A DNA stretch of 64,000 nucleotides from Raillietiella orientalis (Eukaryota), in contig JAYWIR010000106.1 in the NCBI GenBank assembly GCA_036172245.1, positions 1 through 64,000 of the forward strand, written 5' to 3'. This document shows positions 50,768 to 64,000 of this stretch, in pieces. Below the pieces are notes generated by a model that had not been told where the DNA came from, did no database searches, and worked only from the letters and a program-made list of their open reading frames with translations. Made by a program: the position numbers and the translations under genes. How positions within the stretch are numbered: position 1 is the stretch's first letter; every line of letters begins with the position of its first letter.

Positions 50768-53510
50768 ATGACTGGTAGTAAGCAACATTCTTCCATAAGT
50801 AATACAAATTCTTATAGCGGAGTCAATAAACCTAATTTGCCCAAAGATGCTCATATTATAATCGCGATATTAAAGGATCTTGGGGTTCATGAGTATGAGT
50901 CGAAAGTAGTGAACCAATTGTTGGATTTTACCTATAGTAAGTTATTTATTCCTGTTTGCATAAGCATGAAAGAACTTTTCTGCAAGGGTATGTCACTGGT
51001 ATATTAGAAGATGCAAGAATCTATGCTGGGCATGCAAAAAAAAAACAAATCGATATTGAAGATATCAAACTGGCAGTTCGGCTTCAGACGGACAGAAGTT
51101 TTACCTCTCCTCCACCAAGAGATGTATGGGATTTGATTTCTTTCGTGCTGATGTAGTGTATTATTTGAAAGCAAGTGTAGGTTTGCTTTGGTACTGATTT
51201 GAAATGTCACAAGAGAATGAACTTCGTCAGGGTGTTGGGAATTAAATCAGTTGTACATATTTAATGCATAGTTCGGTTGAGTGTGTAAGTCTCTAAAAAC
51301 ATGGTAACTTGTGTATTTTCTAGCTCCTTTTAGAAATTGCTCGAGTACGCAATGCAAATCCTTTACCGCCAATAAAACCTCACTGTGGTATAAGACTACC
51401 ACCAGATCGCTATTGCTTAACTTCTAGCAACCTGAAACTGAAAGGTCTAAAGAAGGTAAGGATGAAATTGCAAATGGAAACTAGCAATGTTATGTGCGTA
51501 GCAAGCGCGTTTTCAGTATGCTGATGCAAATTACATTCACTGTAAATGTTCTCTTGTGCTGGAAACTTTTCAGCTCCTTTTGATTAGTCTACAATTAGCG
51601 TGGTATGATGACTGTTGAGTACTTGTGTATTTTCTTTTGTGCCTGGATTGCATGTGAGAGTTAATATCTATGGATTTGTGGTGTATATCATCGAGCTAAC
51701 ATTTTGTGTGATGTTACTACGACCAGTCACATGTTATTTTCCCTATTGTTTGTTGGAAGACACTAAATAAAGTATGCTCCATTGTTTTCAACTGTTGTAG
51801 AGTTTAAAGGTCTATGATTACTACACCATGAAGTGAAAGTGGTTTTGAAGTGTTTCCGTTGCACACTTTATGCTCCTAGCGTGAACTTGAAAATTTTTGA
51901 ATCCTTTCTGGTGTTGGGGTTTAAGTTTTTCTGTTCAATTTTCTACCGCCCTGAACAATGCTGGGTTTTCATATCACAGTGGGCTTTTATGTGACAAAGA
52001 ATGTTTGATTTGAAATGTTGACTTTTTTCATTTAATAAAGAATGGAATTTGAACAACGTTGGCGTTCTATTGTGTTTTGATGAAAAGATTTTTCCTATTA
52101 CTTTTTGTCTTTTTTTCGATTTGCTCTCGTTCTTGTGCATGTTACTCATGTAGCTTTTGTGTCGCATTTGACATTGTAATTCAGAAAATTCTGGGAAAGA
52201 ATATATTGAATGTCGTTACAGTTTTCATTTATATGTTACGTTGCTGCAAGCAGCATGGTGAATTTCCCCTTAAAAATGAGTTTTTCTTTCGGAAGATTGT
52301 TCTTTCTGGGACCCAGGAATGAATTATGAATTTGGAGACATTAGGTATCCAGCTTGAAAATCTTCTGGATGTTCTGTGGATGATTTGAGGAATGTATTTA
52401 TCTTCTAAATGTGTCATCTATAAAAAAAGGGAAAGCGGTCTGCCTGTTAGTCCACAGTATCAAGCTGGACATGATTGAAGATAGTTGTACAGACCATGAG
52501 ATGTCGTTGAATACCACATGTTAATCTATGACAGACTTGGTAACAATATTTGTATTGTTTTTGTGTTTAAAACGGAAATCTGCAGTGAAAATGCTGAGTA
52601 CTTTGTATTGAGAATAAGCAAGTTACATAAATACATGGGACATGATTCCGATAGGGTGCTGTTTCTTAGTCCATTTTGTTAGTAATATTTGAACATATCT
52701 GTATTTTATAATGAAAGTCCTACTCAAGTTTGTTGTTTTAAAGGTGTTGAAATGATAGTTAAGGTATAATTAAGATGAGTTCTGATTCCATAATAATAAA
52801 TTGTTAATCATCAACAATCAACAAGTGACTGGTTTAGAATGATATAGCACATTATAAGAACTAAAAGAATGGATTTAGTTTGTGGAGTATTCATCTCAAT
52901 CAATCCAACTTTCTGACTTGCATGTGTTGATAATCAAAATTAACCCCAAATGATCTTGTGGAATGCAGTGAAGATGTAAACAGCAGTTCACATGCTTCTG
53001 TGCATGCACACATTGATTGCGTTGAACTATGAACTCATGTATTTTGAATGGTTTTTGCCCTGTCCATAGCCTCCGGTTGCAGTTCCATCCCGCAGCAGCT
53101 TTCATGTTTCATGTAGTCCAGCATCACGTCAGCCTATTAGCACTCCTGCAGTGAGCTTTGTGAAGCAAGGAGGCACATCCATTGCCATTCCCACAAATGC
53201 ATTAATGTCTTCAAATATATCCTCTCTCAACACCAAACCCAAGATTATCACAATGCCAAAGCCTGGAACCCCATTAATCCGCATGACATCAGGTAGACTT
53301 GAGTGTCAGGAAATTTTTAATTCTCCTTCCTACCAAGGTCAACCAAATACAGTTCCCAAGGTACAAGTGAGTAATAGTTCAGTACCTATGGTGCAAAGCG
53401 GCTCGAACCTCAAATTCGAAAATAACACGAAGCACGAACCTGTTCCTGACGGCAACACATCCATTAAGCGCAAACGAGATGCTTATGATGATTATGATGA
53501 AGAAACGTAA
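50768..53510 (+). CDS. TAF9: TFIID subunit 9
   Basis: Exons 50768-50936, 50987-51123, 51324-51455, 53070-53292 and 53338-53510; the last 45-nt intron is in frame and optional. Histone fold [16 protein letters not shown]...YVTGILEDA, then [17 protein letters not shown] and a KRKRD acidic tail. Confidence 0.95.
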
Positions 53511-55049
53511 ATGGCTGAAATTGCAGAGCGGTCGGATTGAGAATGTACCGCAATTTGGATGGGTTACGGATTCTGTACATTTTGCAGTTGGAGGTGTAAC
53601 AAAAATTGGATTCTGTATCGTTTTCATTGATTGGCGTTTTTCTGTACCTTTTATATGTGTATGTAATGAAAATCACTGTCGAAAGACTGTCGCGTGAAAG
53701 TGTTTCCACGTTCCCATGCCATATGCAGTTGAAACGCGGGTCGTCACCTACGTTTTGCTTCCCCCCCCCCTTTTTTTTTGTCATTTTCCTTTTTGCATTT
53801 CGTCTTCTCCTGCGTGTCACGTTGCCTGCTGTGTTCTCCACGAATTCGGTTTGCGGTCCGCAGGCGAGCGTGCCGCTGTTTCGCAAAGGGAAACATGAAA
53901 TCCGAAGCTTGGGGTAGTGTATAAGGTGAAGAAGATTCGAGAAGGGTCTCCCCCATTCGGATTGCCTTTTTCCTTCGTGTTACTTCGAGTTGATCTTGAC
54001 GAACGAAACAAGAACCGTAAAACTGATCGGCAACCTTTGATTTTGCGAACCCATCTCCTCGTTGCAAGCAGCGTGCATGCTTGACAGCGGTGAGGACACG
54101 CCACGCACCTCAGGGGAACAGCAGGACGGTCGCGACCGTTTCGGAGGCACCATCTTAGCCTCTTTTGATCTCAAAGAGATGCCTTAGGGTGGTATGTGCC
54201 GTATTTGCGATAGGCGGCACAATGGAAAGTCGACATGGAAGAGTTGGCGATGTTGAATTTGAAATACCTGCAGTCGTGGAGTTCAGTGTACGCCCGTTGA
54301 TCCGTACGTGGTATGTGATACCATTTTGGAGGTGGCCAAGTTGACGACCTTTTTCCACGAGCTCGAGCTCCATCGTGATCCGGGCGATATGAACGCAAGC
54401 TGTCCAAAGCGTCTTACCTCGGAAGTGTTATCAGGTGCTGGCCTGGACCAGCTTCCTGAAAACGTGATTTTCACGGCAAGGGTCGGGGATGTTTCGGGAA
54501 GCCATTTCACAGGAGTGGCCTCTACGAAGCGGCAGGGACTGCAGTTTACTTGGGTGTGCTATGAAGACCGAAAGTTGAGATCACCATAAAGTCTCGCACG
54601 AGGAGTTTAGCTGGGATGTCCAGCGGATGACAATCGCGACGCGTGGAGAAGTGTTTTCAGCCGCGTAAGACCGTAGTACACCTCACACATTTTGTTCGCA
54701 TCCAGAGAAGTCCGAATGAAATTTACCAACAGCTCGAAGCAGGATCGGGATTTTTGTCTCCCATGAGCAAATCCACGTTCTTAATCACGTTGATTAAGTG
54801 ATCAAACTGATCACTCAGGGCAGCATTCGGAAGTCGATCCCACACCTGAAAGGTGAATAACCAAATTGTCAATCTAAGATGGCGTCACCATACCATGAGT
54901 AACTGAGGAACCATTTCATTTTTCTCTGGCCGTTTTCTTTCCCAGAAACCCATCCAAGGGCGCGAGAAGGCTCCTCGCCTCCCTAGCAGTGGCACACGAC
55001 AACGGCGGGACCATCGGCCGTGACGCGTTCCCCACGGACGACCTGCGAC

Positions 55050-57620
55050 CGTGCCCTCGCCTCCCTATCCGCTCCCAGCACCGGTTCCCGGGTGCTCCGA
55101 ACGCGGCGGCATGGTGACGCTGCACGGGTTGGCGCACCTGCCGACGAGCACGTCCCTGTGCCAAGAGGTGCCCCCGGGACTCGTCGACCGCCACTGCCGT
55201 GGGCTTCTGGACCTGGTCCAGTTCTTCGGCCTGCAGTGCAGGCGCGATCGCGAGGAGCGCCGCTACCTGGACGAGCATTCCTGCTGGAAAGCTGCCCCTC
55301 CCGATGGTGACGCTCTCGCTGCCGTAGGCGGGCGTCTGATCTGGAGTCGGTGTCCCTGAACGGTCCCATGCCCTTCTCGCCCCTCATCTAAGAACCCTGC
55401 TGCTACCGGGAGAGCGTGACGCTTCGTCATCTACGCGCTCATCCACGGGGGCGTTGTCCACGTGAACGTGCTCGTCCTGCGCTTCCCCCTGGAGAGGTTG
55501 CACCGCCGCTGGCACGTCCTGGCCATCTACGTTGTCGGAATGCTCGCCGTCACCCGCCGGAGCGGCGGTCTGCCAATTTTTCTCGACGGGCCGTCCGACG
55601 GGGTCTACTCGCTCCCCTGCACCCTCCTCGTCAGCGTCATCCTGGCGAGCTGATTCTCGCTTTCTCCTTCCTCTGCTCTCTCCGCCGGAGAGAGCCGAGG
55701 CGTGGGTTTCGAAATATCAGAAAGAGTAGAACAGGCTCGTGGTGAATGCCGTGCGTACTTACGAGAAAGAACAAAAACTGACTGAATTGATCGAAAAGAA
55801 GATCTCTTTTCCCACGCTGATTTGCTGTTCGCAGTCCCAGAGATGTAAGCGAGTGGCACTTGTGATCCACTTTTTTCTGGATGGCTACGACGTGTCCATT
55901 AAGAAGCCCATTCCCGAAGCGTACCATGCGCAATCGTCGTCCGATGACCGCCGGCATGTGGATGGCAGACTACAGAAGGGGCAGATTCATATCCTTGTAG
56001 CAAGCGTCTCTTTCACTGCTGGTCTGTGCTACCACGAGCTGAGGTACGTGGTGGTTTACGCTATGCCTTTGGGATTCGATAGTCTCGTGTCCCATATATC
56101 GATGCTCGATACAAAGGAGTGCCAAGTAGAGTGTTACGTGTTGTGCGCCGATCAGGATGCTGCTGCCTTGGAACCGAAGAGGGAGATTAACGCACACAGG
56201 ACTACCCGTCTCATGATTCGAAAATTGCTGGAGGCGGTGTTCTCTCCTCCCAAACGTTCTACAACCGCAGGATCAAAGGGTTATTACAAACCGTTCTCCG
56301 CCAGCGAGCTGCAACAGAAGTTGAATTTGAACCAGGAAACAATAGAAATGTTACTGCTGCTGTTGTCACAGCACCCGGCCTCAAAAGTGTCGTGGCAGCG
56401 GTGTTTCTACGCCACGTGCATACCGACAGATTACTCATGGACGAAAAATATCCGAGATATTCTGGAGAACAGTTTTTTCCTGAGTGGGAATCTGCGTTTG
56501 AATCAAAGGATCCGGAGGCAGGCGTCCATCAGCGTTGCAAGCGTTGCCGACATCATGGGGTTCGAGCCGTTCGTGGTTCGTGACCTCCTGTGGAAATTGT
56601 CAACGCAGCACCGCATGAACTCACGTTTCTCCGAGTGGAGCTCCTGCGTGCACGTGGAAGAGCAGATGGGGGGAAGCGCATCGGATAGGCTGCTGGATGA
56701 CATTTACGCCTCGGCGATGCACCTGTTGGGTCTGAGATTTCACTTGCTATCCTTTTTCCTTGCGGCGTGCTCCATGACATCGGCCATCCACTTAAAAGCC
56801 CTGTCGTCTCAGTACGTCGAGCAAGATTTTCGAGCCACGGTTCTTCGAGACGTCAGGGCAAATGAGCCCGAGGTCGAAAAGGGACTGGAAGTTGCTGTGA
56901 AGCAATTCCTTGACGGACACATGGAGGACAAAACGTGGTCGGGATTCGACGTGGCGAGAATTCTGCAAGGTATCAGAAACCCGCACAATCGGTTGTGGTC
57001 TCAGAAGGCAGGATTCTGGAAAACCTTCCGAAATCTTGATTTCCAAACGATCGAGGGAGCGGCTAATAACATGACGTTAAAGAAGATGAGTGTGGAATCG
57101 CTCGTAGAAGGCAGCGTTCACGTCTGAGAAACTGCAGTGAGACGCTAGACGTTCGAGTTCTCCTATTCAGAGTGCGCCGTACTTCATATCCGTCATTTCA
57201 CTTTTGTGGTAGCATCACGAGGAAATACACATATCGACAACTTGGTTTTGCAGTGATCGGTTTATACTGCTGGACGATGCCTCCTGCCATAACTGGTCCG
57301 TGATGAATTTCATCCCCTTGCAGCTCATCTTCCTGCTGGTGGGCTCCGGCCTGGGCGTCGCCGTGCACAGCCGCTAAGCCAATAGAGGGCCGACTATGTC
57401 GCCCACCTGGCGAGTAGCGCCGCCGACCTCTTCGTGGACATCAGCGTCCTTATGAACCTTCGCGTTCACCCCTGAGCGCGAGTGGCTCTTTGGATATCCC
57501 ACGTCCTCTACGTGGCCCTCATGCTCACCACCCATGTCCAGGGGAACGCCGTGTTCCCCTGGGACTTCTCGCCCGAAGAAGTGATTGGATGCGTCGTGCA
57601 ATGGGCTCTCCATGCTCAAG
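55050..57620 (+). pseudogene. Rhomboid intramembrane protease pseudogene (RHBDL/rom-like), interrupted by the RecQ4-like ORF
   Basis: *RFVIYALIHGG, FPLERLH..W.VLAIYVVG, GPSDGVY (for GASGGVY) at ~55590, and DYVAHLA...ISVL at ~57392. Stops and frameshifts are present. Confidence 0.75.
55739..57127 (+). CDS. RECQL4-like protein (second RecA domain plus C-terminal region) with degenerate helicase motifs
   Basis: EAYHA, ILVASVSF, ETIEMLLLLL and VARILQGI...FWKTFRNLDF parallel the RECQL4 C-terminal half as recalled. Motif VI QxxGRAGR is replaced by HISMLDTK. 462 open codons with no ATG at the start. Confidence 0.78.
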   Translation: MVNAVRTYEKEQKLTELIEKKISFPTLICCSQSQRCKRVALVIHFFLDGYDVSIKKPIPEAYHAQSSSDDRRHVDGRLQKGQIHILVASVSFTAGLCYHELRYVVVYAMPLGFDSLVSHISMLDTKECQVECYVLCADQDAAALEPKREINAHRTTRLMIRKLLEAVFSPPKRSTTAGSKGYYKPFSASELQQKLNLNQETIEMLLLLLSQHPASKVSWQRCFYATCIPTDYSWTKNIRDILENSFFLSGNLRLNQRIRRQASISVASVADIMGFEPFVVRDLLWKLSTQHRMNSRFSEWSSCVHVEEQMGGSASDRLLDDIYASAMHLLGLRFHLLSFFLAACSMTSAIHLKALSSQYVEQDFRATVLRDVRANEPEVEKGLEVAVKQFLDGHMEDKTWSGFDVARILQGIRNPHNRLWSQKAGFWKTFRNLDFQTIEGAANNMTLKKMSVESLVEGSVHV

Positions 57621-60600
57621 GACGGACCCAAGGGGAGGAGGAAGGGGGAAGAGAAAAGTCAGGGAAGGGTGTCGCTCCTTGCCTCGCCCTCCGTTGCAGG
57701 GCTTCGTCGGCACGCTGGGCTTGGCGCTGCAGTCGGAGCGGCGGATGGAAAAAGGAAATAAAGAGAAAAAAAAAAAAAAATAATGAAACGGAAGCTGCAA
57801 GTTGGCTCTTCATAAACAGTTGTAACCACTAGCTCCGGCGTAATTCTGCAGGACAGGCAGTTATCTGATGCGCTGCCTGCCGATTTGCACTATTCAAATG
57901 TTGCTAAGCCCATGGCCCCGTGCCCGCTAAATACATTCTCCACGCCATCTCGCGATTCGGGAACGTCTGACGATCAGGACGGGAGGACCAAAGTACGGTT
58001 ACGAAGGGTGCGACACGTCCGAGAACGAAAGCGCAGAACCTCACTTGAAACCACTCAAAGGAGATTCGGAAAACAGGAAGAAAGTGGCAGTCGTAAATGA
58101 ATAAGCAACAGCAGGCGCCTGGAACTGTGATGATCGGTGTGATGATCACGTTTCCCGGAGGAGAGTGCTTTCTTCCAGCAAACGCCGGAGCTGCAACTCG
58201 GAGACGGGGAACAGGCTGCGTAGTAAGCGGGCAATCGCCAGGTTCTCTTGGTTCTGCAAGCCTGTCTTTTGGTCGCCAAGTACTCAAGAACCGCTCGCCT
58301 CGGGAAGCTCTGTGGTGATGTCCACGCCGTGCGAGGGTGCGTGTGGGAACTCTTCAAGTTAGGAGTTGCCCCGGAAGGGGACCATGGCATTCTAGAGTCG
58401 CCATAGGGAAGCGAACCTGGGTTCGTTACTGCTGCCCAGACGTGCACTCCGCTTCCCGGAACGTATTTTCGTTCCCCCACTGCCGATTCCATTTTTGCGA
58501 AACACGGGCGCGGATGCCAAAGACTGCTGGAGGGAAATGAAAAAAATGGAAACAGCAAAAAGATACCCTTCTCGGTTCTCTTCCAGCCGTGCAGCGAGCA
58601 CCGCGGATGTTCCGATAGAGCGTTACCGCGCGCTTCTTTCGCGGGCGAGGAACGAACTTTCTCGTGAGATTATGCACGCCAGCAGGTACCTTGGGAAATT
58701 CGCATTCCGTGTCCAGCGATGGTACGATTTGGCGATCCTGCCAAGATTAGTGGGAGCATTGCCGCAGGCAAAGCTTTTTTCCTTCTGCTTTTTGATTGCC
58801 CCCTGAAGATCGAAGACGGAAGTCGTAACACGTGGTCGCTTTTGTCACCGCCCCGCGGAGTCGCTTTGAAAGATGCAGAGATACCTGCAGCTGCGGCATC
58901 GCGAGCGCACTGATTCGGATCAACTTGAGAGAAAAATGTCGGTCAAGCGACACTGCACGCGGTCGCATTTTTATCCGGATGCCTCGGGGCATTCATTTGG
59001 CAAACACCAACAAGCGAGGTGGGCAACCGTCCCGGCGAACAAAGGCGCAACAATCATGCAAACAAACGAACAATGTCAAGGGGAATGGGTGGGGATAACG
59101 CGACACGCGGGTCGTTTGCTGGGACGATCCGAAGCGGAAGGGAAAGGGACGAGAATTGAATCAATAAAGGTGTAGCGGGGACAGTGCGCAAACTGCGGGC
59201 CATTTTCGCGGCTACCTTGTCTTCTTGTTCCGAATGAGGCGACCTCGCAGCCGTGCCCACGGAGGCAGCTGGACGAAGATCCTCCTGCAAGCGGCGGGCT
59301 GCGACGATGACGTGGACGCAATCACGGCGCCCGCCTGGAGTGTGGCTGGCGGTGCCAAGATTCGTCGCATCAGATCCTCGGAGGTGATCTCGGGTGGATG
59401 GGCGCTCGAACCAATCAGCGCCAAAGCTCTGAAAAGACACTGCAGTCCGCCAACAGGCTCGAGGACGTTTCAGTGCATCTGCTCCTCAGACGGAATGCCA
59501 AAGCTGCTGCGCTGGACATCCGAGTGGCCACACTGGAAGGTATCGGCTTTCCGTGTCAGGGGTAACACAGAAGTATCTAGAAGAGGAGCCATCGGTTACA
59601 AGGAAGCGATGCTACAAGATTCGCTCCGCTGCGAAAGAGTCTCTTCTGTCCTTAGGCTGGCCCTCTGGATAAAACGGCTGCAGTCTTGAAGTCGAGAAGC
59701 TCCTCGACGGCAGCAAGAAAAGCGCGTCGGTGTTCGGTGCTATTGCTCATTTGCGGACGAAGAGACCTTTTCCTTGTTTACCAGCTGGTTACGCCGGGAC
59801 GTTTATTATCAAACATAAGCATTCATGCGTAGGGCCATCGCCCCGCATTGCCCGAGAATGCTCGGAAACCGCTGAGAAACCGGCAGCCGAACCGGCGTGC
59901 ATCAACTCGGCAGCGAATGGGGAGGGGACAAACAAACATGAAAACCAAACAAGAAGGTATATAGAAAGAATGGGGAAGGTTAGGGAAAAAATCATCGGGA
60001 GCTGGAAGGCGGGCGCATCTTTTCTAGGATGCCGGTAAGTTCCGTTGAGTGTGCTCCAGGACAGGCCATCTGGCTGCCGTCTTTACGAAGCGCAGGGCGA
60101 AGCAGATCCCGTCCTCCTATGGCGTACTTCCAGGCCGCCGCCATCCCACATAGACAGAATAAAGCTGCTAGGGATGCATCAGGCGAAAGGCTCACGAAGA
60201 GACGCTTTCTCACGTCCCTGGGATTGTCCGTCGATGCATTAAGGGTCGTAACGTGACCCAATCACAGGGGCCGGAAGGCAGCACTGTATGCAAGGAGATG
60301 CGGAAGGGATTTTCATTCCACGCAACAGCACCAGATGCGGTCACGGTCCATCAGCCCCCCGGGTCGACTGAGACCGGCGGGCGTAGCAAGGAGACCTCAG
60401 TGCAATAACTCAAGTGCCGAATTCCGCCACTTCAGGGGGAGTTCTCGGCTGTTCATTAGCGCTGGTGGGCACTCGAGCAATTTGCGTGGCATTCCCAGTA
60501 GCTCTTCTTAGCGCAATAGTCCCTTTGGTGGAGCACTTCGGGATCGCGTTGAGATCCGTGGACCAAACATCCAGTTCCCTTACTCTTCCACGGATCTCAG

Positions 60601-61689
60601 AACGGGCCCCTCATTTGACCGGCTGCTTACTGCCCAGGTGCTCCCTGAGTGGTTGCAGAACCGCACCTCTGGAGTTCTTAGCTCCCACGCCCACAGGTAA
60701 GCTGAGATATATAACGTCTTGCATCGAACGGCTGTTGCAGGCAGGGTGCAGTATTCTCTGCTGGATCTCCGGACTTGCTTCGTTCTTCTGAGATCATGTG
60801 CGGACTGTTTCCTGCAGACACACACTACCGTCCGCGGTCGGTCGAAGACCCAGTTGCTACTCCTCATCAACTTGGCGAATATTCGCCTTAGAACCAGTCC
60901 TCAGCGGGATATGCTGCGTCTGCGTCGCCGTACCACGAACGAAGACAGTCCCGCGGAATCGGTGGCTCACTTGATGTGGTTTCGCACGAATTCGTGCTCC
61001 AAAGTTTCGCCATTAGGGCAAACTTCCTCCATAGAAACCGCCGCTTCGGACGCCCCAGCATCAGGAGGCGGAGTTCTCCTTCGCGATGCGTAGCGCGTGC
61101 CCTCCCTGTGCCCCGGAAAGCGATTCTGAGGAGACCCTCCGTTCACTTTTAATGCTACTCGGTAGGGTCAAACAGAAAGCAGGAGTCGCTAGAGGAGGGC
61201 CACATACGAGTTCCGCTCCGCTGACCCTTTCGGGAAGGGAAATTTGCCATCCTGGAACGGACCGATCGTCAAATCTGCTGTTTGGAAGCAACAGTTCCAC
61301 GCTTCCACTCGAGAATAGTCCACTAAATGTACACCGAGCTACATAAAGTACCGAACCATGGAAATCTCGAAGAAGATCCAGTCCAGCTGCCCTGCCCACT
61401 CCGAACAGACTGCAACCACGAACGATTTCCCTATGTTTACCTGCAGCCGTGTCCTGCGGCTTAACCGCCCTGAGAAATACTCGAGTGCGGGACGGACATG
61501 TGCTGCAGTCTCTCCCTCGCGTGTGGTTGCTTTCCGGTTATTTAGTGTGTTGTGTGGAGATTCGGTGATGGGAAGGACAGTTATGACTGACACCAGCACC
61601 AGCAGAGGACAGGGGCGATGTCGTGATCGTTCCCAGAGGCTATGGAAGTGGAAACACATGCTCTCACAGATTGGTCCCCGATCAAGCGA

Positions 61690-62400
61690 GGATTCGGAAC
61701 GGCGTGGCTGCGGCGACTACGCCTGCGACCACAGCAGAAATGGGGGTCCAACTGGGAGAGGGACACAACCCTACTCTCCTAAATTTACAATCCAACTCCT
61801 CACAGCGGTAGAATATTTATATTCCCTCGAGAGCTCGCGCGTCTTCTTATAGGTGGCGTGCGCTCTCGGCCCGCAAACGGAGAAGCTTCGGGGGATGTCT
61901 ATCCGCAGCAGAGGTCAATATATGGAAGTTCTCTACTAGGAGACAACTATTGAGCAGAGACTTCCCAAACTCTCCGTTGCGAAGGGAAGCCATAGGCTCC
62001 ATTCGATCACGAAGGACCTCTCGGTGGTCATCCATCTAACCGGAATAAAGCTGCAAATAACTGAGGAAACCATCCGCAACGAATTGAACGAATTCGCAAC
62101 GATACACGCGCTGTGGACAAAGCCCACTCCCACCGTCGAGTTGGACGGACTTCTCCGCGATGTGGCGGTAGCGAGAGTGGCCGTCCACGAGAAGCGTAGT
62201 TGCTTCACAAAACTACAAGCCATCGGGGAATCGGTTAACGTGCGGTACGTGAGGAAACCCAGGTACTGTGGCTTTTGCAACATTCGGGCCACATGAAACA
62301 GAGGTGCCCGAACTCGCCGTGCCAACAGTGCAAATGTAAGGGGCACATAGGTCAGGTGGACCCCCAAAATGAAGTCCGAGTAGCGTCTGACAGGATGCGG
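61690..62400 (+). pseudogene. Decayed LINE ORF1 related to types B and C
   Basis: GEGHNPTLL, VVIHLTG...IRNELNEFATIHALW, KPRYCGFC..GH...C, CQQCKCKGH. Confidence 0.8.
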
Positions 62401-63299
62401 GAAAAGCGCACCGCGAAAAAATTCAAAAAATTCACAGTGAGAACCGCCACTAAGTACGTGACCACCACACCAACGGCCACAGGCGACACCGAGACCGCGG
62501 TGGAAAATGTCCCAAACGTCGACAATAACGGCCACCATCCTGGTTGACAAGTGGTCCAGTTCGAAAAGAAAAATCAAGAAACAATAAAATGTCGGGAACT
62601 GGAGGAAAAGGACAGTAAATAAAGACAAAAAGATATGGCTGGGGGAAACAGGGGTCGTTGGATTCGGCCGTTCCTTCCTTTCAGAATCGGCCTTGAAGAT
62701 TTCCTTCCTCCTTCTGGAAGATGAGGCCAGCTGGCAGTCGTCGTCATCTTGACGTCGGCGATTGCGAATGAACATCTGGTGTGACCGGTGACCGACAAGT
62801 TGCTGTGACGTAGTAAACCGTAAGGCTCACCACAGAAAAAACGTGATGTCCTTTTATTCTTGGGAATGAATCCCTTGGAAAATCCTGGTGGGAATGCTGC
62901 CTCGTGCAAATGTGTTTTTGTTTCGCTCCGTGCAAGTACGCTCAGGTTACGTTTATGCGGAGTTTTGGGGTCGTTTGAAGGCAGAAATGCCGGATAACGC
63001 CGCCTGTATGGCGAAGGGAGACGAGGGAATCTTTGCTTCCAAGTGGATTCTATGTTTCCCTACTGTCCTTCTCTGCCTATTGGGGCAGACTTCAGGCGTC
63101 TCGAATTGTTGAGCAGCTGCGAGTGGACTTCCTGCTCCGCACTAGTCCACTCGTCCCATTTGGTGGCAAGATCCAGGATTTGTCACACGTCCAGCAGATC
63201 CACGGATCGCTCGAGCGATTTTCTCGCCGCCCCGCCCTTGTCTCGTGGTCGGCACAGCAGTTTTAGTCTGACGCGCAGCTTGAACTCTTTCCAAATTAT

Positions 63300-64000
63300 T
63301 TTTCCCTGCAGTTCCACCTCCTCGCTCGTTGGTTCATCCAGTCGTCAGAAGGCCTCTCTGAAGAGCACCTTGGGAAGGAGGACACCGTTACACAGGTTTG
63401 CCCTCTGCATTAGGCAAACGTCGAGTCCGACGTTGTTTGCAGCCTCTTCTCTCTTTCACCCTAGGATTTCTTTACACATCTATTGCAAAGCCGAGGCGTC
63501 GGCAATGTGGATTCCCAGGTACTTGATGTCGTCCACCACTCGGAGTCCTGTCTCCGTTGAGGCGGATCGGTGCAGGATTCCGATGGGCAATTGCTGGGAT
63601 TTCTGGGGATTGATCTTCAAGTTCAGGCTTCTCCCCATGGACTCGACGACAAAGAGGACCGCGTGCTGATCCCTCTCTACCTTCAGGAAGAAAAGGAGAT
63701 CGTCGGCATACACCAGGTGCATCAGTCTGTCCTCGTCTAGTCTAAGTCCTTGCAAACGGCCGCCACAGTGCATCAGTGACAACACTGCCTTTATGGACAC
63801 CAGGAACAGCATCGAACTAAAAGCGTCTCCTTGGCAGATATTCCTTTCCATCCGTATGACAGACGTGTCTTGCCCGTTGATGGTTATCCTGAAGTAGTGT
63901 TCTTCTGGATTCTTCTCCATGTAGTCGCCGAAGTATTCCGGTAAGCCCAGTTTCCTCAAAATCTTCAGAAGAAGCATCCCATGGTCCACGATGTCAAACG
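63300..64000 (-). mobile_element. L1/Tx1-like RT fragment (continues beyond the window)
   Basis: VDH, ICQGDAFSSMLF, VYADDL, LKINPQKS, IKYLG. Confidence 0.9.

Noticed and set aside
57900..61400. GC-rich ORFs, including a minus-strand CPNGETLEH at ~61000 that could be a LINE zinc-finger remnant
   Set aside because: A single weak motif is not enough to call a feature.

Overview
Eukaryotic (animal) genomic DNA with very short introns of 40-52 nt, possibly a nematode; the taxon cannot be fixed from this window. The first ~25 kb is a patchwork of L1/Tx1-like non-LTR retrotransposon pieces from at least two families, interleaved with endogenous CRESS (circular Rep-encoding ssDNA) virus pieces. Every LINE and every Rep in that region lies on the + strand. 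The main viral insert (~11924-15812) is a ~1.6-mer of a ~2.4 kb ambisense genome. It has an intact circovirus-like capsid ORF, a perfect 14-bp origin stem-loop carrying TAGTATTAC, and a Rep split by a 46-nt intron; an intron at the same position recurs in two other diverged Rep relics. The insert splits a LINE ORF1 almost without sequence loss and creates an open ORF1::SF3-helicase fusion. The rest of the window holds a decayed hAT transposon, a cathepsin L gene with a damaged pro-region, a TAF9 gene, a RECQL4-like ORF with degenerate helicase motifs nested in a rhomboid pseudogene, and further LINE relics. All alignments were made by eye; no database searches were run.
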